Shown here: piece by piece, positions 1-10,900 of the stretch
Position numbering within the stretch: position 1 is the first letter of the stretch
Layout: the number at the start of each line of letters is the position of its first letter
Assembly: GCA_001643675.2 (NCBI GenBank)
Contig: LSRY02000002.1
Location: forward strand, 1,984,001-2,048,000
Length of the DNA: 64,000 nucleotides
Reading direction: 5' to 3'
DNA from: Monocercomonoides exilis PA203
Lineage: Eukaryota > Protista > Preaxostyla
Made by a program: the position numbers and the translations under genes
The notes under the pieces: model-generated
Databases searched by the model: none
The model's input: only the letters and a program-made list of their open reading frames with translations
Told to the model about the DNA's origin: nothing

Positions 1-2034
1 AATCCTTCGCTTCTTCAAGATCAGATACTGCGCAGAGAGAAAGAAAAGGCCTTATTTGAGTCTAAAAGAAAGAGAAATAGAGAAGATACTTCCTATGACA
101 GATGGCTTTGTAAATATAAAGAGCAGCAGAAACTCATTCAGTGCTCACAACTTTCAACATCCAGTAATTCAGATCCCAGCGCGTTTCCTCAAGTTTCTGA
201 ATCTTGTGATTCTTTGTGCAACACATCTCATTTTTATCCTATGAAAAGTACTTCTTCAAGAATAATCGACTTAATGAAAACAATTTCATCTCAACGCGAG
301 TTTAAAATATATCGTCCTTTGAGTTTTTCTACTTCTGAAATTTCTTCCTCTTTTTTTCCAAAATGTCAAGCTTCGTCATCGACTGTACTGTCAGAATCTC
401 AAGAAAATGATGGAAAGCCATCTGAAGTGGACAATTCTCCAAAGCAATCAACAATGAAACAGTGCAACGGAGATCAATTTCATTTTTTACTCGAAAATCG
501 ACAATCTACTTTCTCGCATGAACCTTCCGAAAGTTTTTCTGAATACGATTATGCACAAAATGATTTAAAATCAAATTTTCCGCTACCAAATCAGATCGCC
601 ATTGACTTATTGACTGAAAGTGCTTTGGCTTCAAAGGATTCAGAATTATTGCATAATGATGTCAAAGGATCAATTGCCGTTCAACAAGCACAAGATGTTT
701 TACTTGATTCTGAAACGATTCAAAGAGATTCTAGACAATTGGAAGATAATCATTCACAAAATACTACAAACGAAATGGACGAAAAATCCTCTAATCCAGA
801 AGTCTTCTCAAAAAGTGATCAAGAACGTGATGGTCAACAAAGTGAGGGAAATAAGACTTTTAGTTGTGACTCTTATGAAGATAAAACTTGTTGTGCTATT
901 TCTTCAACAAATGCTGAAACAGAAAGCGATTCTAAAGTTGAAAGGGCAGAAATGGATAAATCATCAGAACTTCTTATTTCGAATTCAGCATCATCAAAAC
1001 ATTTATCATCATCTCCAGCACTTATGGAACCTGATGCTCAAACTTCTCTTGAAACTTCTGTAATACCAAGTATTCTTGCAGAAAATGCTTCAAAATCTCC
1101 AAAGAAACAAGAAAAGTTAAAAGGTATTCAAAATAGTCGCCTCCATCATGAGCATCATAAGCATCATAAGCATAATCGTCACTCCAGCATTAATCCATTG
1201 AAAAATCGCAATGCTTCTAAAGGGCATCATCATCATCATCATCATCATCATCACAGACATCATTCAAATAAGGACATCAAGGAAGCAGGAACTCAAAATC
1301 GTTCAACGCTGACTACTTCTCAGCAGCAGAACAGTTCGATAAGTGAATCACCTTCCACTTCGTCTCTAAGTTCTGCTCAAGAAGGACTTTCGTGTTGTGA
1401 CGCTGTTGAAAAGAAAGATTCTGGCGAAAAATTGGATGAAGTAAAAGGAGCTGAAGAAAGATCTCAATTAACTCCAAGCCAAATACAAATGGGAACAACA
1501 GAAACCACAAATGTGTTTGATACGGCTAATGTTTTAACTGAAAAATCAATCTCTCCTGATATTTATTCAGTTGATTCAAGTATCCCTTCAATCGGAGATC
1601 AATTATCAAAGAAGAAGAAGAAGAAGAAGAAGAAGAAGAAGAAGAGATCTTCTAATTTGGCGGAAATTAGTTGTGCTCAAAATGTCAATCAATCTAATCC
1701 CATTCCTTCAACTTCATTAACTGAAGTGCCAAAAAAAGAAACAAGCATAACTGATGGAAGTCTTTTTGGAAGCGCTGCTAATTCATCAGCTTTGACTTCA
1801 CTAACATCTTTGTCAATCAAATTTGATAATCGTTTCTCTGAAGAGCATAATACAAATTTTACTGAATTAAATACGCGTCCTCCAACACCAATTCATGCTT
1901 TCCTCGACTTGTCACAATCACAACGAACTAGAAAAAATGAAAAAATCAGTCAATTACTTTCTGAAGACATTCATCAGACATCCGTTGGTGGGATTGACAA
2001 TACTTTTCTTCAAAAGAAGAAAAAGAAGGGTTGA
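1..2034 (+). CDS. 3' part of a low-complexity Ser/His/Lys-rich protein (5'-truncated by the window edge)
   Basis: Frame 1 is open from base 1 to TGA at 2032-2034. It contains poly-His and poly-Lys runs and no domain I recognise. Confidence 0.75.
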   Translation, partial: NPSLLQDQILRREKEKALFESKRKRNREDTSYDRWLCKYKEQQKLIQCSQLSTSSNSDPSAFPQVSESCDSLCNTSHFYPMKSTSSRIIDLMKTISSQREFKIYRPLSFSTSEISSSFFPKCQASSSTVLSESQENDGKPSEVDNSPKQSTMKQCNGDQFHFLLENRQSTFSHEPSESFSEYDYAQNDLKSNFPLPNQIAIDLLTESALASKDSELLHNDVKGSIAVQQAQDVLLDSETIQRDSRQLEDNHSQNTTNEMDEKSSNPEVFSKSDQERDGQQSEGNKTFSCDSYEDKTCCAISSTNAETESDSKVERAEMDKSSELLISNSASSKHLSSSPALMEPDAQTSLETSVIPSILAENASKSPKKQEKLKGIQNSRLHHEHHKHHKHNRHSSINPLKNRNASKGHHHHHHHHHHRHHSNKDIKEAGTQNRSTLTTSQQQNSSISESPSTSSLSSAQEGLSCCDAVEKKDSGEKLDEVKGAEERSQLTPSQIQMGTTETTNVFDTANVLTEKSISPDIYSVDSSIPSIGDQLSKKKKKKKKKKKKRSSNLAEISCAQNVNQSNPIPSTSLTEVPKKETSITDGSLFGSAANSSALTSLTSLSIKFDNRFSEEHNTNFTELNTRPPTPIHAFLDLSQSQRTRKNEKISQLLSEDIHQTSVGGIDNTFLQKKKKKG
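1225..1251 (+). repeat. (CAT)9 coding microsatellite (poly-His)
   Basis: Read directly from the sequence. Confidence 0.95.
1609..1644 (+). repeat. (AAG)12 coding microsatellite (poly-Lys)
   Basis: Read directly from the sequence. Confidence 0.95.
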
Positions 2035-2951
2035 AAGAATATGGAAATTGTTTATGATATTTGAATGAAATGTTCAATTTTCACAAATGAAAAATAAAGT
2101 TTGAATATTGTTCCTGCAATTTTAATATCTCAAGAAATCGAATTTTGAAGGATTTGCAATGCCACTCAATGACTTGAATGAGTATATGGAAACTTCAAAT
2201 TCAAATTGTTAAAGAAATATAATTTTGGACAATGTGAACCTGAAAGATTAAATGTTGACATTTTTCCATTAAAATAATTTGAATAATTTTTCCGATTAAA
2301 TTTCTTTTTTCTTTTTCTTTTTTTGTTCTGACATGAACATGAATCAAATAATCTTTAAATTGTTCGGACTTATGTATGCGTAGATGTAAATACAATTTCT
2401 GCTTGTTTGCTGCTAAAAATTCAGTTAGAAAAAAAGAATAACACTGAAATAAGTTAGGGAAAGACAAATGAATGGCCGACATAAAAACTGGTAAGGCAAT
2501 AAACATGCAACCATATTTAAAAAAATCAAAATCTATTTAGAAAAATGAATGCTCTGTTATGAAAATAGTTTAATCGTATTTTTCTAACAGATCACATCAA
2601 CTCTATTTGAAGCTATCAAATTACATTAAATTGACTACAAAACTCATCCTAAAATTATGAGGAAAAGTTCACAATAAACAACTCCTATCAACTTCCAGGT
2701 ATTTACACTTCTATTTGAATAAAATCATATCGCTCATAATTTGTTTTTTCATGGAGGTTTTTATTGCTTTACATCAAACTGATAAATATTTTAATTCGCA
2801 ATAAACGGTCTTTAGAATTCTGTTGCATTCTTTCCTTTGAATAAATATCATATTTTCCTTTAACTTTGCATTTATTAAATATGTTGAGAAGTTGTGAATT
2901 TTGGCGAACTTTTGATGAAGTTGATGGAAGAAAGAGGCAAGATGAAGTAAC

Positions 2952-4340
2952 TTACATTGAAGATGGTGTAGACGAAGAAGAAGCTTGAAATTCAGAATCT
3001 TTTTGAATGACTTCGTCCTTAGCAGGTGGTTCCATTGCCTTTTTCTCTTCTTCTTTTCCTCTGTCTTCTTTTTCTGTATTATTAAGCTTGTTAAAAGAAC
3101 GTTTTGTTTGTTTGTTTTCATCATCATCGACTATCTTCACGATAGAGCCATCAAAGTTCAACCACACGGTTACAACATCACCAACTTTATGGTTTCGTAC
3201 GGTTTTCATGGAAGCCTTCTTGATCTTCTTTCCTTCAATTTCAACTTCATCGAAATAAACTTCAAACATTTTATTTGGTTTTTGGTTGATTTCCCTCAGC
3301 GTGGTTGTAGCTTCCGATGAAGGCTTCCACGCATATTTTCCATACTTCTTAATGACCTTTGGTTTATGATAACACCAATCTTTGCTACAATACACAACGC
3401 CATCTAGAGGCTCTGTTAAAGAAGAATTCCACTCTTCGTATAATGACTTTATATAACTTAAAGAATCACCAGTTATGGATCGATGAACCCAAGGATACTT
3501 GTAAACTCCAATTGAAGAGAAAAATCTAAGAACTTCTTCTTGTGTTGGAACATACTCCAAAATGATTCCTTCAGATCTTTTTTTTGCTGATGAAGAATCT
3601 GGCATCGAAATATGAGATGTTGACAAACAATTATCCTCATCTTCATTGCAAACATCAAACACAATTTTCATAATTTCGTAAGGTACAAATTGAAGGTTTG
3701 GAAGCATTTCGGTAAACACTTCATTTGAGTCAGTTGACATGGCCTTTGCAGGAAAACCAGAATAAAGTGTAGTTGTTGTTCGGTTCTTGATTTTCATGCA
3801 AATTTCACCTCTAATATATATTTCTCTAATATCGGATACATGAAATTTCCCATCAAACAAAAACGAACTGCTTTCATTAAGTTTGTTTGTAAGATTTGAT
3901 GTGAAAGAACGAACTTTATTTGTATAAGGTTCTTGAACTTTCATATCCAGTTTAGATGAAAAATTTCTTGAACATGCAGTGCATATCTCAAGTTTTTCAA
4001 AACGTTTGTAAAATACCCCGCAAGAGCATCCATCGAATTTCGGAAGTAAAATAGCTTCCTCAATAGGTTGTGGGAGTTCAAATTTTGGTATTGAGCCCAT
4101 CCATATCGATTCTATTTCGCCTTCCTCGTCCTTAATAGAATCTGGTTGATATAATCGTATTAATCTCACCATTTCTTCGTATAACGTGTCAGATGGAATT
4201 TCCACACTTTTATATCCCTTATATTCATCTTCTCCTTCATGAAGATGATCGCATATATCCTTGTATACAAGAAGTGAATTTATATCCTTTTCTGCAATGC
4301 ATTTTCGAATGTTTTGTTTCAAATTATTACAAAGAGACAT
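2952..4340 (-). CDS. Minimal NAD+-dependent DNA ligase-like protein (Ia + adenylation + OB domains; no Zn-finger, HhH or BRCT)
   Basis: Intronless 462-aa ORF with LigA motifs in the correct order: PSDTLYE (Ia), MGSIPK, PKFDG (motif I KxDG), YIRGEI (III), LQFVPYE (IIIa), PLDGVVY (IV), YAWKP (V), EATTTLREI, and the OB fold FDEVEIEGKKIKKAS...KVGDVVTV. Confidence 0.85.
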   Translation of the reverse strand: MSLCNNLKQNIRKCIAEKDINSLLVYKDICDHLHEGEDEYKGYKSVEIPSDTLYEEMVRLIRLYQPDSIKDEEGEIESIWMGSIPKFELPQPIEEAILLPKFDGCSCGVFYKRFEKLEICTACSRNFSSKLDMKVQEPYTNKVRSFTSNLTNKLNESSSFLFDGKFHVSDIREIYIRGEICMKIKNRTTTTLYSGFPAKAMSTDSNEVFTEMLPNLQFVPYEIMKIVFDVCNEDEDNCLSTSHISMPDSSSAKKRSEGIILEYVPTQEEVLRFFSSIGVYKYPWVHRSITGDSLSYIKSLYEEWNSSLTEPLDGVVYCSKDWCYHKPKVIKKYGKYAWKPSSEATTTLREINQKPNKMFEVYFDEVEIEGKKIKKASMKTVRNHKVGDVVTVWLNFDGSIVKIVDDDENKQTKRSFNKLNNTEKEDRGKEEEKKAMEPPAKDEVIQKDSEFQASSSSTPSSM

Positions 4341-5499
4341 TTTTTGGAAAATATTAATTTAATATGGGAAAAAAGTGTTTCGATAAGATATATTTTTCAC
4401 ATTTGTTAGAGTTATTATTTTGATAATTGCAATAAACACATACAAAATCCATATCAATGAAAATTATCTATCTTTTTGTTGCTACAAAAAAAAAGGTGTT
4501 TATGATAATGATTATATCTCAATAAATTGATAAATAAAATGAATTATTTGTACAAACGGTCTCATTCAGCTATACCTCTGCGACAGACCGACATTTGACA
4601 TATAACTCGACAAGTCGACAGAGAATTCAATCGAAATAAATAAATAATAAATTTTTCAAAAAATTATCATTTTTGACTTTATAATTAATTAATAGATGTA
4701 ATTTCATCTATTTATTTTTTCAAATATCAATGAATATTAATAACATTCAATTGAAATGAATTATCATTAATTTTCCATTTTCACAAAAATTGTAATTTTT
4801 ATTATGGATCATCGACAGATCTTTGTCGAGATCAGTCGGTCGAAAGATCAGTCGAGTCATCAAAAAATGATGAATTAAACAAATTTGTTGATTGGTTGTT
4901 AGCACCACATAAAGTGAATTGTGCGCTCTCTGCGATGTTAACTTTGATTCTAAACAAAATAATGGTGGATTTTATTTATTGAAATTTTAACAATAAACTG
5001 AAATGTTTTCGATTATTATGATTTATTTTCAAAAACAAAACATTGAAAATCCTTTAATTATTAGAATTGACAGAGAGAATGAATTTAATTGTTATCATAA
5101 ATCTCAATCCTTTTTTTTAATTTTTTTCGACAAATTTCTAAACTTTTTTTGGAGTCGTTTCATTTAGCAAACAAGAAAATATTCAGCGAGATGATTCAGT
5201 GATAAAACGTAGAGTTTCATTATTCCTCGTTATCAAAATCAATAAGTTGAAATTAACATAAAAATATATAACATGATCAATATAAAAAAGTTATTCAATT
5301 ACGTGAAAGTGAGAAAAGCAAAAAAACTGAGTATGACTAAATTTTCAATTTTTGAAAGACAATGAAAAGTTAAAGATAGAATTGAATCAGCCAGAATGAA
5401 TGATGATTTTTTAAGGGAGAACACTTGAGAGCGGGCGAGATTAACTGATGAGGAAGATGGTGATTATGGAGCTGATTATGAAGAAGAATATTGATGAAG

Positions 5500-6390
5500 T
5501 GATGATGCAGCCAATGTGATAGTGCCTGCAACATTTATTTGAAAGCAGCCGATTGGGAGGAGAGAGAAGAGAAGAGAAGGGGGAGGGAGCGGATGTTTGA
5601 TATCAGATGAAACATTGATGCGTTTAAATTCCGACAAGCAGAGAAATACGATGGATGAGTTTGTTGTAATTAGGATTGTTGTGTAGCACAAAAGTGTGTC
5701 ATCGACAGATCTGTGGGACGTTATGTGTGGGATCGGGAAGGATGTTCACAGGAAAAGGATGATTGTGGCGTTTGGTGTTTCGTATTGTGTGTTTGAAGAC
5801 GAGTGGAAGTCGCTGCGGATGTGTGCGGTGGATCTTTCGGTGGGCCTGCTGGCAGCTTCGCCGGCGTTCCGGTTGATGTCGTATCTGCTGCAGGGGGGCA
5901 TGGAGATAGCGTCTGGAAACTACTCCCTTCCGCACCGCTCCGGCACTGCTGCTTTGCACGTGCGCGCTCCTTCCTCTGATTCAGCGCATTCTGCATCTGC
6001 TCGACCTTTGACTTTTTCGAGTTCTATCCGCAACTTTGCCTCATATATCGGAGTGGCAGGTGTGTAGAGAAAGACTCCTCAGCTGGCGTCTGGCTCTGTT
6101 GGCGCCTTTGCCAAAGTGCGCGCCTGTCCCTCTATAGAGGTGATAAACAACATTGTGATAATGCAGCCGTTCCACAAGCCGGAGCTGTTGCGTGAGCCGC
6201 GCAAGCAGCTCTTTTCGAACTGCAGGGAGCACAACATCACGTTTGACTTTGAGGGGAAGTGCGGTGTTCTGTTTCAGCTGGTTGGGTATCTCATCGCGGG
6301 GACCGTGGGGTTTGTTGCACGTGAGCGGTCTGCGCAGCTTGTTGCGCGGACAGCAACGCGAGTGCTTGAGATGGTGGATGTTCAAAGGAC
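5500..6390 (+). pseudogene. IQCH-like (IQ motif-containing protein H) C-terminal gene fragment
   Basis: GC-rich island in a single frame with in-frame stops (TAG 5684-5686 and TAG 6065-6067). The peptides SVSSTDLWDVMCGIGK...MCAVDLSVG...LMSYLLQG and LFSNCREHNITFDFEGKCGVLFQL...GTVGF resemble the IQCH C-terminus as recalled. No N-terminal part is present. Confidence 0.6.
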
Positions 6391-6609
6391 AACAACTCAA
6401 TTTTCATCCACTAAATTTTGTTCACATTCATTTACGTCTATCTCTTTCTTTTGTAATAAGCATCATGCACATTCACAATTATTCTTTCAATCCTATAAAA
6501 AGCAAATTCAAAATGCTTATATGAAACTTTAATTGCAAAAAAATGTGTAAACAACGAAATATTTGAGATGATCTTTGCTCGGTTCACATATTCCAAAAAT
6601 TTTTTGATT

Positions 6610-7150
6610 TCAAATATAAATCATCTCAATATGAACCGATGTTAATGAAGAGTGTGAGATTCCTGAAGATATGAACAGTTGATTTATTACCATTTCTTCT
6701 GCTCCAGTGATCTCAACCAGCCTTGATCCGCGATTGTTTTAGTGAATTAAAGAATTCAAAAGAACAAAGCCTTTGATGGTCAATGTGCAAGCTGAAACTT
6801 AAAAAAAAAAAAAAAACAGACCGGACGCATCAAATCCTATTTGAACTGCTGTTGATATATAACTTATAGCAAAACTGCGAAAGAAAAGGCTTGACAATCC
6901 ACACATTTTTGTTCGGTAATTATATCAGAATGCATCAAATGAAGTTCACATATCCAGAAATAGTATCAGTTTTGCAATTTCCAATGGTGCAGTTCATGTG
7001 GCTTGCATCAAATCCATTAACATGTTAATCTGTAACATTCAGCCATATCTCAACCAACGATTCAAATCTGAATCTTCTGAAAATCAGTTCCAGAGACGTC
7101 TTTTCCAAAATATATTGCGGCGAACTCCAACAATACCAACACCAACACAT
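6610..7150 (-). pseudogene. Decayed fragment of a beta-helix-type surface protein gene
   Basis: Minus strand reads VSACTLTIKGFVLLNSLIH*NNRGSRLVEITGAEEMVINQLFISSG, with stops and a homopolymer interruption near 6801-6816. It resembles oxymonad surface-protein repeats. Confidence 0.4.
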
Positions 7151-8189
7151 GTGATAACATTAAAAAATCAATTTTGAAATTGATCAAAAAACAAAATAAA
7201 AAAATTCACATTAATGTTTGTTTTTCTTGTTTCATCAAACCAGCTCAAAATTTCAATAAAAAACATTAAATATAAATAAGAAAATGTTTAATTTGTATTT
7301 GACATTTGAAAAACAATTTTTATCAAAACATATTTTTTCTTTAAAAATTTCAAATTACTTTTGACAATTGAAATTCTTATCGACCGACAAACAACATGCT
7401 AAATTTTTGTGTCGCAGAGGCTTTCATTCAGCATTTGTTATGTTGAGAATCGTTCTTTGTTTTTTGGAAATAAATAAATTTGTTTTAAATTAATTTGAAA
7501 AATTATTCGTTTATATTTCTTCTTGAATATTGTTTTTTGCATTAAGAAATTTACACTTGTGCATTCTTTTTGTTTTCTTTTTTTTTTCCATATCAAAGAG
7601 AACCTATTTGGAACAACTGTGTGATTCCTCTTAGAATTGACATATGAATGGATAACAACATTCATTGATGAATGGTACTATTTTTGAAATGGATTCCAGA
7701 GTGATTTGAATAATATTTCACAATGAACTTAAAAATAAATTACACCTGAGTGACGCATTGTCAAATTTGTTATCACGTTCGTCAGTGAATTATTTTCACG
7801 TCAGTGGTTTTTTTTTTCCAAACGTTGATTTTTTGTAATTATTTATAACAAACAATAGATGCTATATTTTATTTTTTTTTAAAAAAAAGCGATGATAATA
7901 TATTCATGAAGACCCATTACGAAGTCACATGTTTAATGTTTCAAGATTATGCATTGAAATTGCATTGCTAATGATGTTTTTGTTCAAAATAAGTGCACAA
8001 ACAAAAACATAATCACGAAGCATTTGAGTTTAACTCGTTGGAATATTTTTTCTATCAACGCATTAGCTTATACAACATGAAATACAAAATGTGATGTTGG
8101 AATATCATATTTCAAAGAAGATTCAGACATATATAGAAATTCGATACTTTTTATTGTTTGCAAATACTCTTGGTTGGAATTCTTGATTA

Positions 8190-9480
8190 AATCATTTATA
8201 TCAGTAGAAATCTCTTCATAATTAGAACTCAACGACGAGGAAGAGCAGAAACAGAAAGTTGTGGAAATGAGAAGAACATTTGTTGAGATAGATAAAGAAG
8301 AATTCAAATCAATTTTTATATAAGTTCTTTTCAATGAATTTGGCAAATTGAGCGAAGAAAGGAAGTTTTTGATAGAAAACGCAGCTGTTGTATTGATGCA
8401 CATGGATTGATGCAAGGAATTGAAATGTTTTTAATGTTATTCTTTTGAAGAAGCATTGTTGAGCAAAAAAATGAAAGATATGCTAATTGATGACAATGAT
8501 ATTTTGAAAAAAGAACAGAACGAAAATCATCTGATAGAACTTTGTGAATACTTTGTTTTAATGAGCATAAAAAATCCAGGAAACGCATTCTTCGTGCGTT
8601 CCTTGCCTTCTGAAAGCTATCTCGAGTCAAGAAGAAAATGAAAAAACAAAAAAGAAGGTGGAAATGGTATTGTCTGCTTTTAACAAAATATTCATCGAGT
8701 ATGAGTTGATTTATGATTTTTTGACTAATTAATTTAATTGTAGTTTTATTTAGGGAATTGAAATAGACCTATTTGAAAGAGATCACAGAAATTATCAAAT
8801 TTCATCAAGAGTCAATAAGCCTCGCTCGTCTTTCTTATCAGTCTGCTTGGAAGTTTTAAAAAGACAGATTTATATATGGTGAAGATTTAGAAGAAGTTTT
8901 GGTAGTTGATTTCATTTGAATGAAAAAGGCAGCAGAAAATTTTAAGAGCTTGGATAATTTGAGAAGGGAAAGAAAAAGGAAGAGAAACTGAAGGAAACAG
9001 CAATTGAGGGCATTTTATTAAGATGGAATTTGCTATTGCTACTTTATTTTGGAAAGTGTCAATTGTTTGACGAAGAACATGTTGAATTGGCACTTCGTCT
9101 TGAACGGTTGAAAAGGGAGAAAATTGAAAATGAAAAGTTAATATTTGAAAGTTTTATTTGTGATATACGGTGATGTGGAGAAATGAGTCCATAAATATTG
9201 ATATTTTGCTGGAAGCAGGAGCTTTCTATCTACCTGTGAAAGAAATTCAGCTGCCTACTATGGAAAACGAAGGCATGTGTCATTTTCTAATATTCTTTTT
9301 TGTAATTTCAAAAAGATCAAGGAAAGAGCGAGAATGATGTGTAAGAAGTGAAAAGAAAGACAACTAAAAAATGAAATATTTGAAAAGTTGAAAGAAGAAG
9401 GTTACGGAGATGCCATCTTAAGCTTTTATCAATCATTTGATCATTTTAACAAAGAATGTTATTATGAATTATAGTTTGAT
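8190..9480 (+). pseudogene. Decayed member of a large lineage-specific helical/ARM-like protein family
   Basis: Reads LELNDEEEQKQKVVEM...EEFKSIFI*...ENAAVVLMHMD*CKELK...YLKEITEIIKFHQE...SYQSAWKF, with many stops and frameshifts. It retains an intron-like segment GTATGA...TTTAG at 8699-8753. Confidence 0.65.
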
Positions 9481-9789
9481 ATTTCATGCTTTCTTTGTGA
9501 ATGTTTGAGCAAATGAGAAACATATCATTTTATAATTCATAATTGTTATTTTTGTTTTTTCATCATTTCGAAATGGAATAAATCAATAAAAAAAAGGGAA
9601 AAGAAGAACGAATCAAAATGATATCAAGAAAAACAAACAAGGTAAAGATTAATTACAATAGAAAAGGTGATTTCGACAAATGCTTGAAAATTTTGGATGA
9701 GAAAAAATATTGATATTTCACATTACTTTATCTATCAATATTTTTCTTATAAAAAAATACACGTTTTCTTTTGTTAATCGTCAATTTTG

Positions 9790-10900
9790 TTGTATCTTCT
9801 TTATCCTCTGCATCTTCAATTTTTTATTAATCACATAATCATTTGCATTTGTGTCTTCCTTATAATAACTCAGAGAGGATTAACCTTGCCACACGATTTT
9901 CGCTGAAACCTCCTTCTGCCTATTCATTCACATTGTTTTTTAGCAACACATATTCCGATAAATAATGGTCAGATGACATATTCTTCAAAAATATCTCCTG
10001 CTCTTCCGTTGCTTTCTTATTCAATCCATTCTTAATAGCATTTAATCAATAGGATAATTTCAGAAAAGGAGTTGGGAAAGTGAAAGAATGAAAATGACTG
10101 AGTGAAAAGATAAATGGAAAAACTTCAGGTGCATTTATCATGAAGTGCATAAACAGTTATAAGGCAAGCTAAGTCCCCACAAAATGAAAAAAATTCGTTA
10201 ATGCAGAAAAAAAAAGAGAGTGGATTTTACACACAATTTTGCTGAGTTGCTACTGTTCTTGTGCAACTGTCTCCTTTAATAAGCTGATAAGCTTCTTATA
10301 GCATCGAGTTCCTGAGCGTGCCAAAATTATAGTCGTGATTATTTTACTAACACTTGAGCACATCGATACAATTCTGCTGCCATTTGTCTATGTAAAAAGA
10401 AAATAATAGAGAAACAGCTCAGGATAAAAACAACTGTTTTTCTAGCGCCATTTGATATATCTGATTCTCCCTTCGCTTAGAACTGCTTTTCTGAAGCTAT
10501 AACTGCTGCGGCCAGTGTTATTGAGGAAAATAAGTTGAGATGATAAAATGGTAATTTTTGAAAAGTTGTGAAAGGATATTGAAATATTTACCTTTAAATA
10601 TTCCGTGGCAAAAAAAATAAATGGTTTTTTGAATATGAAGATCTACAACAGTTCAACGTCTCATGCGAAAAGTCTATAAGTCTATTCGTTTTTTTATTAT
10701 CAAAATTGTGATCATAATTCACTTTGGAATAAATCATACAGATATTTCACTAAATGGGTGTCCTTGCCTTGTGCGCCATAAAAGGAAAGTGGATTTTCTT
10801 TTTTTCAAAGTGAAAGGAATTCTCGTAAAAACAATTTTCATTTAATAACTTTTCTTTAAAAATAGTGCAAATTGCAACGACTCTTTGATAGCATTGATAA
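9790..10900 (-). pseudogene. Decayed unidentified coding fragment
   Basis: Minus-strand frame with coding-like composition interrupted by stops (MINAPEVFPFIF...KATEEQEIFLKNMSSDHYLSEYVLLKNNVNE*AEGGFSENRVARLIL). Boundaries are approximate. Confidence 0.35.

Larger units (their letters stand above)
4571..7423. mobile_element. Non-autonomous DNA element 1 (Pack-MULE-like)
   Basis: Inverted repeat CCTCTGCGACA (4575-4585) / TGTCGCAGAGG (7410-7420). Flanking direct repeat TCATTCAGC at 4562-4570 and 7424-7432. Subterminal CGACA/GTCGA motif clusters at about 4581-4625, 4810-4860 and 7380-7390. Gene-fragment cargo; no transposase seen. Confidence 0.7.

Noticed and set aside
2680-2712. ATCAACTTCCAGG, and the similar ATCAACTATTTCCCAGG near 12543-12559, as further element right ends
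   Set aside because: I found no matching left end or flanking duplication, and they do not fit the CCTnnGnGAC core.
4575-4860. GTCGA/CGACA repeats as a CRISPR-like array
   Set aside because: There is no constant-length repeat-spacer periodicity, and the context is eukaryotic with no cas genes.
5500-10900. In-frame TAA/TAG in gene remnants as evidence of an alternative genetic code (TAR=Gln, known in some oxymonads)
   Set aside because: The remnants also contain TGA stops and frameshifts, intact genes in the window end in TAA, and the very long ORFs have no internal TAR codons.
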